Assembly: GCA_013416795.1 (NCBI GenBank)
Contig: RQSC01000011.1
Span: 302,320 to 366,319, forward strand
DNA from: Prasinococcaceae sp. CCMP 1430
Lineage: Eukaryota; Plantae; Prasinodermophyta
DNA length: 64,000 nt
Reading direction: 5' to 3'
Positions 49,031 through 61,849 of this stretch are shown here, piece after piece. The position numbers were made by a program, and so were the translations under genes. The notes under the pieces were generated by a model. It had not been told where the DNA came from. It was given only the letters and a program-made list of their open reading frames with translations, and searched no databases. Positions within the stretch are counted from its first letter, which is position 1; the number at the start of each line of letters is the position of its first letter.

Positions 49031-49950
49031 GTCGCTGCGCTCAGTCGCGCGCGCGTGTGCGCGCGCGCGCGCGCGCGGCCTCTGGCCGGCGGCGGGGGCC
49101 TGGCTGGACCCAGAAAAGACTGGAGACTTTGGGTCCGGAGCTGCGCGGACCGAACGAAGGGCGTCGCGACGCGCCCCTGGGCCGAACCGGGGTGGGCGAG
49201 CGAGCTTCGTCGTCGGTCGGTCGGCGCCCCGTTTGCTTTCACTTCCGTTTTTATTTCATTTTCGTTTTTTTTGTTTTCCCACCTTTCCTCGTCCACTTCG
49301 CGTGTGCGCAAAGCAAAGAACACCCACCGACCGACCGAACGACGCGGCAAAAAAAAAAACGGACGCGACGTTCGGTCGGCAGTCGCAGCGCATGGAAAAA
49401 AAAAAAGCTCGAATTTGGGTTCGGCTGGCGCCGGAGCGGTTTCGCGGCAGAGCGATACGAAAAGCATAGAATTGCGCGCAATTCGATCGTGCGGGATCGA
49501 GCGACGTCGCGAAGCCGCGCTTTTTTTCGACGGTAGGTTTTTCGCACCCAAAAGGCTTTTTGCGTTTGCGCGCGCTCTGTGCGCGGGGCGCCACAGCGCG
49601 CGCGCGGAGCAGGCGGCAGCGGGCTCGACGCCGGCGGCGGCGGCCGGTCCCCTCCTCGCCCCTCGCGGCGGCACGGGGGGTGGGGAGGGGCCGATCCGAG
49701 GGACAGGGAAACGAGGGGTGGGAGGTTGGGGGTCGGATCGGGAAGGGGCGGCGCACAGTGCGCGAGACCAGACGCAAAGCGGCGCCGCGCCGCCGCTGGG
49801 CTGGGCGCTCCCGTCTTTTTTGTGCGCCGGCGGCGGCGGGGCCGTCGCCGGCACGCCGGGCTGCGTTGCCGGCGCGGCGGAAGGTGTCGCCAGCGCGGCA
49901 GCGGGCGTGACGGAGGCTGCGACGCGGCAGCCACTGCCGGCACGATCGAG

Positions 49951-51134
49951 ATGTTCAACTTCGGGAAGGACAAGAAGCGCACCCCGGCTGAGCAGTGCGC
50001 CAAGCTCGCGGCGGACTTCCGTAAGCGCGAGGCGCTTGCACCGGGTGCGGCCGCGCCGGCATCGCTCGTCGAGGACACGTCGCGCCACCTGCGGCAGCTC
50101 GGCGAGATCGTCGGTCGCGATGCGGCAGCCGCGGCGCCGGCGATCCTCTCGGCGGGCCTGCCTGCTGCGCTCGTCGCCCACGTGGGCGATCTCGGCGCCG
50201 CCGAGCGCCGTGATGCCGACGATGTCTTCATCGCGGCCATGAAGAGCGAGGGCGCCGACGCCTACCTCGAGGCCAACAAGGTGCGCGGCCGTCGCCACGC
50301 GCGCGCACGTGGCCGGGCAGCGCGCGCGAGCCGGCAGCCTCGCTTGAAGCATGCGTCCGCTTGCTTCGCGCACGCAACTCACACGCGCGCGCGCCCACGT
50401 GCGTGCCCTCGTGTACTTTCGCGCTGTCGCGGCAGGCGATGGTTGCGGCACTGTGCGCCGACTACGCGTCGCAGGCAGGCGCAGCTGCGGGCACCAACGC
50501 CGAGCTGCACCGAGGCATCATGCTGCGCGAATGCATCCGCCACGAGTCGGGCGCGCGCGCGGCGCTGTTCGCCGCAAACGGCGACGCGCAGGCCGCGCCG
50601 CCGCTGCTCGCCCTCTTCGAGGTGGCGGCCGCAGACAGCTTCGACCTGGCGAGCGACGCCCTCGAGACGCTGCGCGAGGCGCTCACGACGCACCGCTCCG
50701 CGGCCTCCACCGCGGTGCTGGAGTCGTACACCCTATTCTTCGGCGACTTTCACAAGCTACTGGAGCGCGGCTCGTACGTCGCCACGCGCCAGGGCCTCAA
50801 GTTGCTCGCCGACATGCTGCTCGACGAGGAGTACATCCGTGTGATGATGCGCTACATCGCCGAGCCGGCCAACCTCATGCGCACCATGACACTCCTCCGC
50901 AACGACTCGGACTCAATCGCCTACGAGGCCTTCCACATCTTCAAGATCTTCGTGGCCAACCCCTCCAAGCCCGCGGCCATCGCCGCGATCCTCGCGCAGA
51001 ACAGGGACAAGCTGCTGGCCTTCCTGGGGCGCTTTCAGGCCAAGCGCGAAGAGGAGGACGAGGACTTCGCGGCGGAGAAGGCGCTCATGCTCGAGACCAT
51101 CGGGGCGCTCGTAGTGCCTGGAGCTGCGCAGTAG
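49951..51134 (+). CDS. CAB39: MO25/CAB39 family protein (exons 49951-50280, 50436-51134)
   Basis: GIMLRECIRHE, FDLASDA..T, YVATRQGLKLL..MLL and EAFHIFKIFVANP.KP motifs. Confidence 0.93.
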
Positions 51135-51367
51135 TGCGCGCGCGCGCGCGCGCGCGCGCCAATAATATGCTATCGCGCCCTGGGAAGTGTGGGCGCGCGT
51201 TCGCGCTTGCGCTTGCGCTTGCGCGCACGCTGGTGGCCATGCGCACACACGTGCGCAGAGGGGCGTGCTCGCGAGCTCGCGCGCGGAGCGCACGGGGCGA
51301 GCGCGCCTCGCACGAGCGCGCACAGCAGTGTAAACGTGCCTCGAAGCTGCGCTCTTACGCGCGGCGC

Positions 51368-51806
51368 CTACAGGCTGCTTGAGGAGAGCACGGCGCACGA
51401 CCTGCGGGCGGGCGGCCAGGGCGCACGGGAGGGCGCAGGCGAGCGCGTCAGCGTCCTCGCGAATCGCTCGGTGTGCGTGCGTGTCTATGCGCGTGCGCGC
51501 GCGCGCGCGGGCTCGCACGTACACGATGTACACCGCGATGAGGCCAGCGGTGAGGTACGTCAGGAAGTCCGCGCCCTTGGCGCTCGAGCGAAAGAGGCCA
51601 CTCTTGGAGAGCGCGCCGCTCGCGCTCGTGTCGTTGGGGTTCTGCAGAAGTACGAGGCCGATGATGCCCGCGCTCGTGGCGGCGACGACCGCGCCGCCCG
51701 CGCCGCCGGCCTCGCGCGGCTCATCCTTGGCATCCGCAACGCCCATCGCGCCCCCCATTCCGCGCGCCCCCGTCACCTCGTTGGGTCTCGCGACCACCGC
51801 CGCCAT
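51368..51806 (-). CDS. secG: SecG/Ycf47-like translocase subunit (exons 51806-51523, 51401-51368)
   Basis: TM1 ending GLVLLQNP, G/S-rich loop LFRSSAKGA..FL, TM2 LT..LIAVYIVSCAVL; GT-AG intron. Confidence 0.6.
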
Positions 51807-52312
51807 GCCTCACACGCCCCCGCAGGTGACTGCGCGCCGTCTGGCACACCCCGCCGCACCCAGCCCCCGCACCCGCGCACGCGCCCGGAAGCCCGCGGCG
51901 GCAGGCGGCGGCGGCGCCGCAAATCCGCACCAAATCCGAACGATTGCATCCCGCACACACACGCACGAGCAATCAACATACTTCGACCTCGCGACGAATG
52001 TTTCTGAGCGTCTCCCCAACAGATCTTTCCTCTGCCTCGCTCTCTCTTGCGGAGATCGGTGCCTCCAGGGTGCTGACCCTTCCCGCAAGTATCTTCTTTC
52101 GACGGGTGCCGTTTCGGGCAAGAGTTGAAGCAGTCGTCTCCATTCACTTTGACGTGACATTGAGTGTTTCTGAGCGTACCACGTGTCGCTTGTGTTATTG
52201 ATCGTGTGCGTGTGTGGTGTCGGTGCGGCGAAAACCCCGATCCGATCTGACGGTGCGCCACAGCGCGCGCGAGCGCGTGCTGTGTTCCGCCCGTCGCAGC
52301 CGGGGGGGCGCG

Positions 52313-53888
<1,576 letters not shown>

Positions 53889-54150
53889 TGATGCGACGCG
53901 ACGCGGCGCCGCGATGGATGCGGCACGATGCGGCGCGACGTGACGTGCCACGCCGTGGCGCGGCGACGCGACAGGATGTGACGCTTCATGCTCGCGCCCC
54001 TCGCTCGACCGACCTGTAATTGTAATCGATATCGTACATGGAACAGCCGCCGGGCGTCGCGTGCGCGCGCGAGAGCACATCGAGTGCCCCTCGGAGCGAG
54101 TGCCCTCGGAGCGAGGCGCCCTCACGCCCTCGGAGCGGCAGCTCGATGCC

Positions 54151-54921
54151 TCAGAGCTCGCCGCGGCGCGCCTCGCCCGCCGGCGCTCTCGCGGCGGAGG
54201 TGCGCCTCCACTCGACGAACGCTTCCCAGCCCTCCGCGTGCTCCTCCCTCTCCCAGTCGGCGGCTTGCGCACCCGCCTCGACGAGCAGGCGCAGCGCCTC
54301 CCAGTTGCGCGTGCGCAGGGCGAGGTGCACCGGGGTCCAGCCCTTGCTGGAGTCCCTGTCCGCCAGGTTTACGTCCACGCCCGCCTCGATCATAATCGCG
54401 AGCGTCTCGACGTGTCCCCTCGTGCCCTTCCACAGCGCGCGGTGGAGCGGCGCGTACCCGTCCGGGTGGAACGACTGCCAGTCGAGCCCCCCCTCGATGG
54501 CAGCCCTCATGGCGGCAGGCCTGCCCTGGAAGGCCGCGCCGTGCGCGCACGTATACCCGTCCCGCTCGCCGGCCAGCGGGTCCGCGCCCGCGTCGAGGAG
54601 CGCCCCGAGCATGTCTGCGTGGCCGTACAGGCAGCTCGCCATCAGCGCGGTCTGGCCATCGCTCGGATCCCGGTAGTCAAGGTCGTCCTCGGGGCGGCGC
54701 TCATCGAGCAGCGCGAGGAGCTCCTCCGTCGCGCCCGCCCTGACGGCTCGGAGGATCCTCGGGCCCAGGGGGGGTGGTTTGCGCCTTGTGGTGCCCGAGG
54801 CCGCAAGACTGCCAGCGGGCAGGTCGGTGGCGAGGACGAGCAGCGCTCCCAGGAGCGCCGCTCGGGTGAGCGGGGCTGCCGCGCGGCCGCTGGGGAGCCG
54901 GGCCGGCGGCGCGCGCGTCAT
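54151..54921 (-). CDS. Ankyrin-repeat protein with signal peptide and C-terminal RGEL
   Basis: GQTALM..C..GH, GYTCAHGAA, GYAPLHRA and GWTPVHLA repeats; hydrophobic N-terminus. Confidence 0.8.
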   Translation of the reverse strand: MTRAPPARLPSGRAAAPLTRAALLGALLVLATDLPAGSLAASGTTRRKPPPLGPRILRAVRAGATEELLALLDERRPEDDLDYRDPSDGQTALMASCLYGHADMLGALLDAGADPLAGERDGYTCAHGAAFQGRPAAMRAAIEGGLDWQSFHPDGYAPLHRALWKGTRGHVETLAIMIEAGVDVNLADRDSSKGWTPVHLALRTRNWEALRLLVEAGAQAADWEREEHAEGWEAFVEWRRTSAARAPAGEARRGEL

Positions 54922-55184
54922 CCCCGGGCGGCCCTGCAATGCAGATGGGCGCGGTCCGGGGTTGGACAGGCACCGGAGGCGCCGGCGGAAGCTGCCTAGC
55001 GTCGCTGAAGTCGGCTGGTGCGCGCGCTGTGGGGGGCGGCAGGTGCTGCCCGGACTGGTGGCACCTGGGAGGCGCGGCGCGTGGCTGCGGGCGGCAGTTG
55101 GATGTCGTGTCGCGTCGAGTTGTGATGACTGGGAAGAGAAGAAGATTGACTGAATTCGTGTCAAAATGCGTGAGGGCAGCACAT

Positions 55185-55370
55185 GAGGCGCGTGCGTCGA
55201 TCGCCTCTCGGCGTCTTCCCTCGCTTTCACTTGGGCGCGCACGCGTTCTTCTTGAACGTGCAGAGCGTCTTGGCGTCGCCCTGCTTGCACTCCTTCTTGT
55301 TCTTGGCGGCCTTGCACAGCTTCCTGACGGCCTTTTTGGAGAGCTCGGACTCGTCGGTCTTCTTCGACTT
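55185..55370 (-). repeat. Orphan copy of the Lys/Cys tail module (KSKKTDESELSKKAVRKLC...CAPK*) with diverged 3' flank
   Basis: Near-identical to 27014-27155, 56001-56145 and 63524-63666. Confidence 0.85.
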
Positions 55371-56000
55371 AGGCCGAGCGTTGCGTTCGCGGCACGAGGG
55401 CGCGCTCCGGCCGCGCGCGCGCGAGCGAGGATCTCGGAACGTTCCCTTCCTTCCTTCTTTCCTTCCCTGGCTCGTCGCACCTCGCGCGATCCGCTCCGCC
55501 CGGACCGCGCGCGGGGAGGGGCCGGACCGCGCGCGCGGAGAGTGAACTGGTTGCGAACCACCGACCGAAGGGGGGAATCGCAGAAACGGGCGAGCGCGTC
55601 CAGGCCACCGCGCGGAAACCGCGGACCCTGGAAACGACCCACCGACGGGGGACTCGGCGCAGACGTATGGCCCCCGTCTGGCTGGCTGGACCGCGAAGCC
55701 CGGTCACAGTGGCGTCGTCAAGTTAAGGTCTGGACGATGAGAGGGTTTACGTACTGTATGCGACGGCGCGACGGCGACGGCCAATGCACAGCCTGCGCTT
55801 CGGCAGCGCGGAGCGGCGACTCGCTCTGCGCCCTTGGGCGCCTCTCCTCGCGCGCATCCTCGCGGTTTTACGAGGCAGGCGCGGGAGACTATGACTATAG
55901 CAGAGTGGAGGCGATTCGAGTGTGATGAGTTGTCAGCGCCAGTGCGCGCTCGAGCGAGGCGTGGGTGTCGACCGCCTTTCGGCGGCGTCTCCCCCCACGT

Positions 56001-58562
56001 TCACCTGGGCCTGCACGCGTTGTTCTTGAATGTGCAGAGCTTCTTGGCGTCGCCCTGCTTGCACTCCTTCTTGTTCCTGGCGGCCTTGCACAGCTTCTTG
56101 ATGGCCTTTGTGGAGAGCTCGGACTCGTCGGTCTTCTTCGACTTCTCCTTCTTCTTGTTCTTCTTCTTCTTGCCGGTGGGCTCCTCGTCCTCTTCGGGAG
56201 GAGGCGACGGCGAGCCGGAGGGCTTGGACTTGCCGGCCAAGAAGAACAAGAAGAAGAACGAGAAAAAGAACAGGAACGGCCCGGGCGACGACGCGCCTGG
56301 CAGAGTGATGTCGAGGGCCGGCGCTGTTGCGTCGTCGAACAGGCCATCCGCATCTTCGGCGGACTGGGCGGACGTCGAGGACTCGCTGCCCTCGAACCGC
56401 GGGCCGTGCAGGCAGACCGGCACCAGCAGTGCTGGGGTCGTCTAGATCGCGCCGTCCTCCCGGGCGACGCCGCACGTGTGAGCCGCTCCGGCGCTCACGG
56501 AGGACCACGCACCCGCGCCGCTCGGCACGTCCGTCTGGCCGTCGGCGTCGCGCCCCCAACAGCGCATCGCGCCGTCGTCCCGGCTGACGCCGCACGTGTG
56601 CCAGTCCCCTGCGCTCACCGAGGACCACGCGCCCGCGCCGCTCGGCGCGTCCGCCTGGCCGTCGTCGTTGGACCCCCAGCAGTGAATCGCGCCGTCGGCC
56701 TGCGCGACGCCGCACGTGTGAAAGTATCCTGCGCTCACCGAGGACCACGCGCCCACGCCGCTCGGCACCTCCGTCTTGCCAAAGCCGCTGCGTCCCCAGC
56801 AGTGCAGCGCGCCGTCGGCCAGCGCGACGCCGCAGGTGTGGAAGGTTCCGGCGCTCACGGAGGACCAAGAGGACCACGCGCTCACAGTGCTGGGCACGTC
56901 GCTCTGGCCGAAGAGATTCCACCCCCAGCAGCGGAGCGCGCCGTCGGCCCGCGCGACGCCGCACGTGTGGGCCCCTCCGGCGCTCACGGAGGACCACGCG
57001 CGGACGGCGCTCGGCACGTCCGCCTGGCCCGCGTAGTTGGACCCCCAGCACTGGAGCGCGCCGTCGGCCCGCGCGACGCCGCACGTGTGGGAGAGTCCGG
57101 CGCTCACGGAGGACCAGGTGTTGTCGCGCCCCGCATCGTGCGGCACGTGAACGTAGCCGTCGTGGCCCCAGCAGAGGCCCCAGCAGCGCAGCTCGCCGTC
57201 GGCGTGCGCGAGGCCGCACGTGTGCGAGCGCCCGGCGCTCACGGAGTGCGGTGTGGCATCCACAACGAGGGGCGGCGGAGAGTTCGGGTTGTTGGGCGGC
57301 GGGTTTTGAAGAGGCGGGCTCGACGGAGGCGGGCTCGACGGAGGCGGGCTCGACGGCGGCGGGCTCGACGGAGGCGGGCTCGACGGCGGCGGGCTCGACG
57401 GCGGGCTGGCCGCCGGCGGAGGACTCGTCGGCGGGCTCGGCGGCAGCCAGCTCGGCACGTCCGTCTGGCCGTATTCGCCGTCGCCCCAGCAGTAAATCGC
57501 GCCGTCGTCCCGGGAGACGCCGCACGTGAAGTACGACCCGACGCTCACGGAGGACCACGCGCTCACGTTGCTCGGCACGTCCGTCTGGCCGTTGCCATTG
57601 AGTCCCCAGCAGAGCAGCGCGCCGTCGGCCTGCGCGATGCCGCACGTGTGCCATTCCCTGGTGCTTACCGAGGACCACGCACTCACAACGACCGGCACGT
57701 CCGTCTGGCCCTCGCCGTTAGATCCCCAGCAGTGCAGCGCGCCGTCGTCCAGCGCGATGCCGCACGTGTGGTACATTCCGGCGCTCACGGACGACCACGC
57801 GCTCACGTCACTCGGCACGTCCGCCTGGCCGTAGTCGTCGTAGTCAGAGGGGGATCCCCAGCAGCGCATCGCGCCGTCAGCCTGCGCGATGCCGCAGGTG
57901 TGGTACATTCCGGTGCTCACGGACGACCACGCGCCCACGCCGCTCGGCACGTCCGTCTGCCCGTCGGTGTTCGATCCCAAGCAGTGCAGCGCGCCGTCGG
58001 CCTGCGCGATGCCGCACGAGTGGAACAGAGATGGGCTCACGGAGGACCACGCGCCCACGCCGCTCGGCACGACCCCTTCGCCGTACATGTTATACCTCCA
58101 GCAGTACAGCGCAGAGTCCGCCCGCGCGATGCCGCACGTGGCGTAGGCGCCGGCGCTGACGGAGGACCACGCGCTCACATTGCTCGGCATCGGAATGTGC
58201 TCGTACTCGGAGACGTAGTAGTAGGTGGAGTCGGACGGTTCAATTTCTGGCCAGCAGCGCAACTCCCCGTCGGCGTGCGCGAGGCCACACGCGTGGAACG
58301 ATCCGACGCTCACGGAGTACGGCGGCTCTGAGTCCGAGTCCGAGGCGGCGGTTAGCTCTGAGTCCGAGTCCGAGGCGGCGGTTAGCTCTGAGCCCGAGTC
58401 CGAGGCGGCGGTTAGCTCTGAGTCCGAGTCCGAGGCGGCGGTTAGCTCTGAGTCCGAGTCCGAGGCGGCGGCGGCGCCGTTGAGGCCCGGTGCGAGCGCC
58501 GCCGCGCATGTCGCGAGGAGCAGCAGCTTGTTGGTTGTTGCGAGGGGGGGTGGAGGGGGCAT
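56001..58562 (-). CDS. Secreted double RCC1-like propeller protein, copy 2; continuous ORF once the complemented segments are corrected
   Basis: Signal peptide MPPPPPLATTNKLLLLATCAAALAPG, (ASDSDSELTA)n, 7+7 repeats, (SSPPP)n linker and Lys/Cys tail. The TAG at 56442 is created by a complemented segment. Confidence 0.85.
58327..58470. repeat. 30-nt coding minisatellite, about 5 copies (ASDSDSELTA)
   Basis: GTTAGCTCTGAGTCCGAGTCCGAGGCGGCG in tandem. Confidence 0.95.
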
Positions 58563-58965
58563 GTTTTTGTTTCGCAGGACGCGACGAGGCCCTGGTCGGT
58601 TGGGCGGAGGATGAGGCGTGAGAGGGGGGGGAGGGCGGAGTGGGAAGGCGGTCAGGGGCAGCTCGACCGTGCAAGCTCTACGAGCGGCAGCGCTGCCTGA
58701 AACCGAGCAGGCCGTAGGCGGCCTTGTACGATATGAATGCGGACACACACTAGCAAAAGCCAGCAAAAACATGTACACGAAAACTGATGTCACACTTGCC
58801 TCGAGCACATAGCCAGACCATGCGCGGCCGGCGCACCGCCCGCGACCCGCCTGCTGTAGGCGGCGAGGCGGGGGGAGGGACTCGCTGGCTCATCGCGAGC
58901 GCCACACGCGCTCTCGGTCGCGCCCTCGCGGCCGGGACGCGCGCGCGCACAGGGGCGGGGGGGCG

Positions 58966-59241
58966 ATGGCGCCAGCGGGGGGCGCTGCAACCCCCGCCGC
59001 GACCCCGAAAGCGATCGCGATCGCGACCACGCCAGCGCCCGCGACGACGCCCGCCCCCGGCCTGGTGGACGCTCGTGCGGCGCAGCCGGGGGCTCCTCGG
59101 CTCGCGATTGGGGCCGCCGTCGTGGAGCTCAAGCTGTGGCTACACCGCTTCGTCAACGTGGACCTCTTCGAGCAAGGATGGTACGCCTTCCGCATCTCGG
59201 CGAGCGCGGATGCAGCGAATCACGCCACCGGTGGCAGCGGC
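58966..59241 (+). CDS. 5' fragment of a FAM135-like protein, cut at the single-N join
   Basis: VVELKLWLHRFVNVDLFEQGWYAFRIS resembles the FAM135 N-terminal motif. Confidence 0.7.
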
Positions 59242-59242
59242 N

Positions 59243-61768
59243 GGCGGGCTCGGAGGCGGGCTCGAGGGGGTCAGATCAAAGACGTACGCGCTGCCGCTAT
59301 CGTCGCCGCCGTCGTTGTCCTCCCTATCAGCGCCCACCAGCGCGTAGTAGCCCGAGAGCGCCACGCTGACGCCGAAGTAGTCATCCGCCGCGGCGTCGCT
59401 TGCCACCAGCTTGGCGTGCTGCGACCACGACGTCCCCGACCGCAGGAAGACGTACGCGCTGCCGCTGTCGTCGCCGCCGACGGCGTCGTAAGGAACGCCC
59501 ACCAGCGCGTAGTCGCCCGAGAGTGCCACGCTTGTGCCGAAGTTGTCATACTCCGCGCCGTCGCTGGCCAACAGCTTGGCCTGCTGCGACCACGAGGTCC
59601 CCGACCGCACGAAGACGTACGCGCTGCCGCTGGCGGAGCCGTCAAAAGGGGCGCCAACCAGCGCGTAGTCGCTAGAGAGCGCCACGCTGGTGCCGAACTC
59701 GTCATTCGCCGCGCCATCGCTGGCCACCAGCTTGGCCTGCTGCAACCACGACGTCCCATTGCGAACGAACACGTACGCGCTGCCGCTGTTGGAGCCACTG
59801 TCGTCGTCGTGGGGAGCGCCCACCAGCGCGTAGTCGCCCGAGAGCGCCACGCTGACGCCAAAGCGGTCGTCGTACGTGCCGTCGTCGGCCATAAGCTTGG
59901 CCTGCTGCGACCACGACGTCCCCGAACGCACGAACACGTACGCGCTGACAGGGTTGCCGTCGTTCCACCAAGCGCCAACCAGCGCGTAGTCGCCCGAGAG
60001 CGCCACGCTGGCGCCGAAGTTGTCAGATCGGCGCCGCAGCGACCGTTGGTCGAACCGGACGACGCTGGTGCTGCAGGGGCTGGGCACGAACACGTACGCG
60101 CTGCCGCTCTCGTCGCCGCCGTCGTCGTCATATAGAGCGCCCACCAGCGCGTGGTCGCCCGAGAGCGCCACGCTCCAGCCGAAGGCGTCACCCGCCGCGG
60201 CGTCGCTGGCCACCAGCTTGGCCTGCTGGGACCACGACGTCCCATTGCGCACGAACACGTACGCGCTGCCGCTGTAGGGGCCGCCGTCCTCGTCTGAATA
60301 AGCGCCCACCAGCGCGTAGTCGCCCGAGAGCGCCACGCTGGTGCCAAAGTAGTCAGCGTCCGTGGCGTCGTTGGCCACCAGCTTGAACTGGTTCGGCGGT
60401 CCTGAGCTTCCTCCTGAGCCTCCTCCTTCCCAACCTCCGCCCGAGCCTCCGCCCCTCGGAGGCGGGGTCGGCGGAGGCGGGCTCAGCGGCGGGCTCGGAG
60501 GCGGGCTCGGCGGCGGGCTCGGCGGCGGGCTCGGAGGAGGGCTCGAGGGATTAAGATCAAAGACGTACGCGCTGCCGCTGAAGGAGCCGCCGTCGTCGTC
60601 CCATTCAGCGCCCACCAGCGCGTAGTCGCCCGAGAGCGCCACGCTGACGCCGAAGCGGTCATATTCTGCGCCGTCGCTGGCCACCAGCTTGGCCTGCTGC
60701 GACCACGACGTCCCCGACCGCACGAACACGTACGCGCTGCCAGTCCTTGCGACGCTGACGTTGTTCTCAAGAGCGCCCACCAGCGCATAGTCGCCCGAGA
60801 GCGCCACGCTGTGGCCGAAGAAGTCAGCCTCCGCGGCGTCGCCGGCCACCAGCTTGGCCTGCTGCGACCACGACGTCCCCGACCGCACGAACACGTACGC
60901 GCTGCCGCTGTTCACGCCGCCGTCGTCATCGTACACAGCACCCACCAGCGCGTAGTCGCCCGAGAGCGCCACGCTTTCGCCGAACAAGTCACCCGCCGCG
61001 CCGTCGCTGGCCACCAGCTTGGCCTGCTGCGACTACGACGTCCCCGAACGCACGAACACGTACGCGCTGCCGCTGTCAGGGCCGTCCCCGCGAGCGCCGA
61101 TCAGCGCGTAGTCGCCCGAGAGCGCCATGCTGATGCCGAACAAGTCACCCTCCGCGCCGTCGCTTGCCACAAGCTTGGCCTGCTGCGACCACGACGTTCC
61201 GGTGCGCACGAAAACGTAGGCGCTGCCGCTGTTCTCGCCGCCGTCATCGTCCCCAAGAGCGCCCACCAGCGCGTAGTCGCCCGAGAGCACCACGCTGTCG
61301 CCAAAGTAGTCATCCTCCGCGCCGTCGCTGGCCACCAGCTTGGCCTGCTGCGACCACGTCGTCCCCGAGCGCACGAAGACGTACGCGCTGCCGCTCTGGA
61401 AGCCGCCGTCGGCGTCTCCAAAAGCGCCCACCAGCGCGTAGTCGCCCGAGAGCGCCACGCTGGCGCCGAACTGGTCCAACGCCGTGCCGTCGCTGGGCAT
61501 CAGCTTGGCCTGCTGCGACCACGACGTCCCCGACCGCACGAACACGTACGCGCTGCCGCTCATGTCGCCGTTGTCGTCATCAAATAACGCGCCCACCAGC
61601 GCGTAGTCGCCCGAGAGCGCCACGCTGCTGCCGAACTCGTCATCCCCCGCGCCGTCGCTGGCCAGCAGCTTGAACTCCTCCTCCAAGTCCGCATGCGTCA
61701 TACGCACCGCCATGGTCTGGCGCCAGCAGCGCAACCCATGCGCTAAGCAAGCGACGAGGGGTCGGCAT
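59243..61768 (-). pseudogene. Secreted double FG-GAP seven-bladed propeller protein with SPPP linker; frameshift after the signal peptide, in-frame TAG at 61033-61035, 3' end lost at the N join
   Basis: 14 repeats of KL.ASD....D.FG.SVALSGDYALVGA......GSAYVF.RSGTSWSQQA, each block ending VFDL; signal MPTPRRLLSAWVALLAP. Confidence 0.8.
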
Positions 61769-61784
61769 TTTGTTGTTGTTGTTG

Positions 61785-61786
<2 letters not shown>

Positions 61787-61849
<63 letters not shown>
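61787..61849. repeat. (GT)n microsatellite running into a gap
   Basis: Read directly from the sequence. Confidence 0.97.

Noticed and set aside
56239-56281. Phe-rich membrane anchor in copy 2
   Set aside because: It is the complement of the poly-Lys coding tract seen in copy 3.
61033-61035. Stop-codon reassignment or readthrough of TAG/TGA
   Set aside because: Conserved genes here end normally in TAG, TGA and TAA. Point mutation or sequencing error is simpler.
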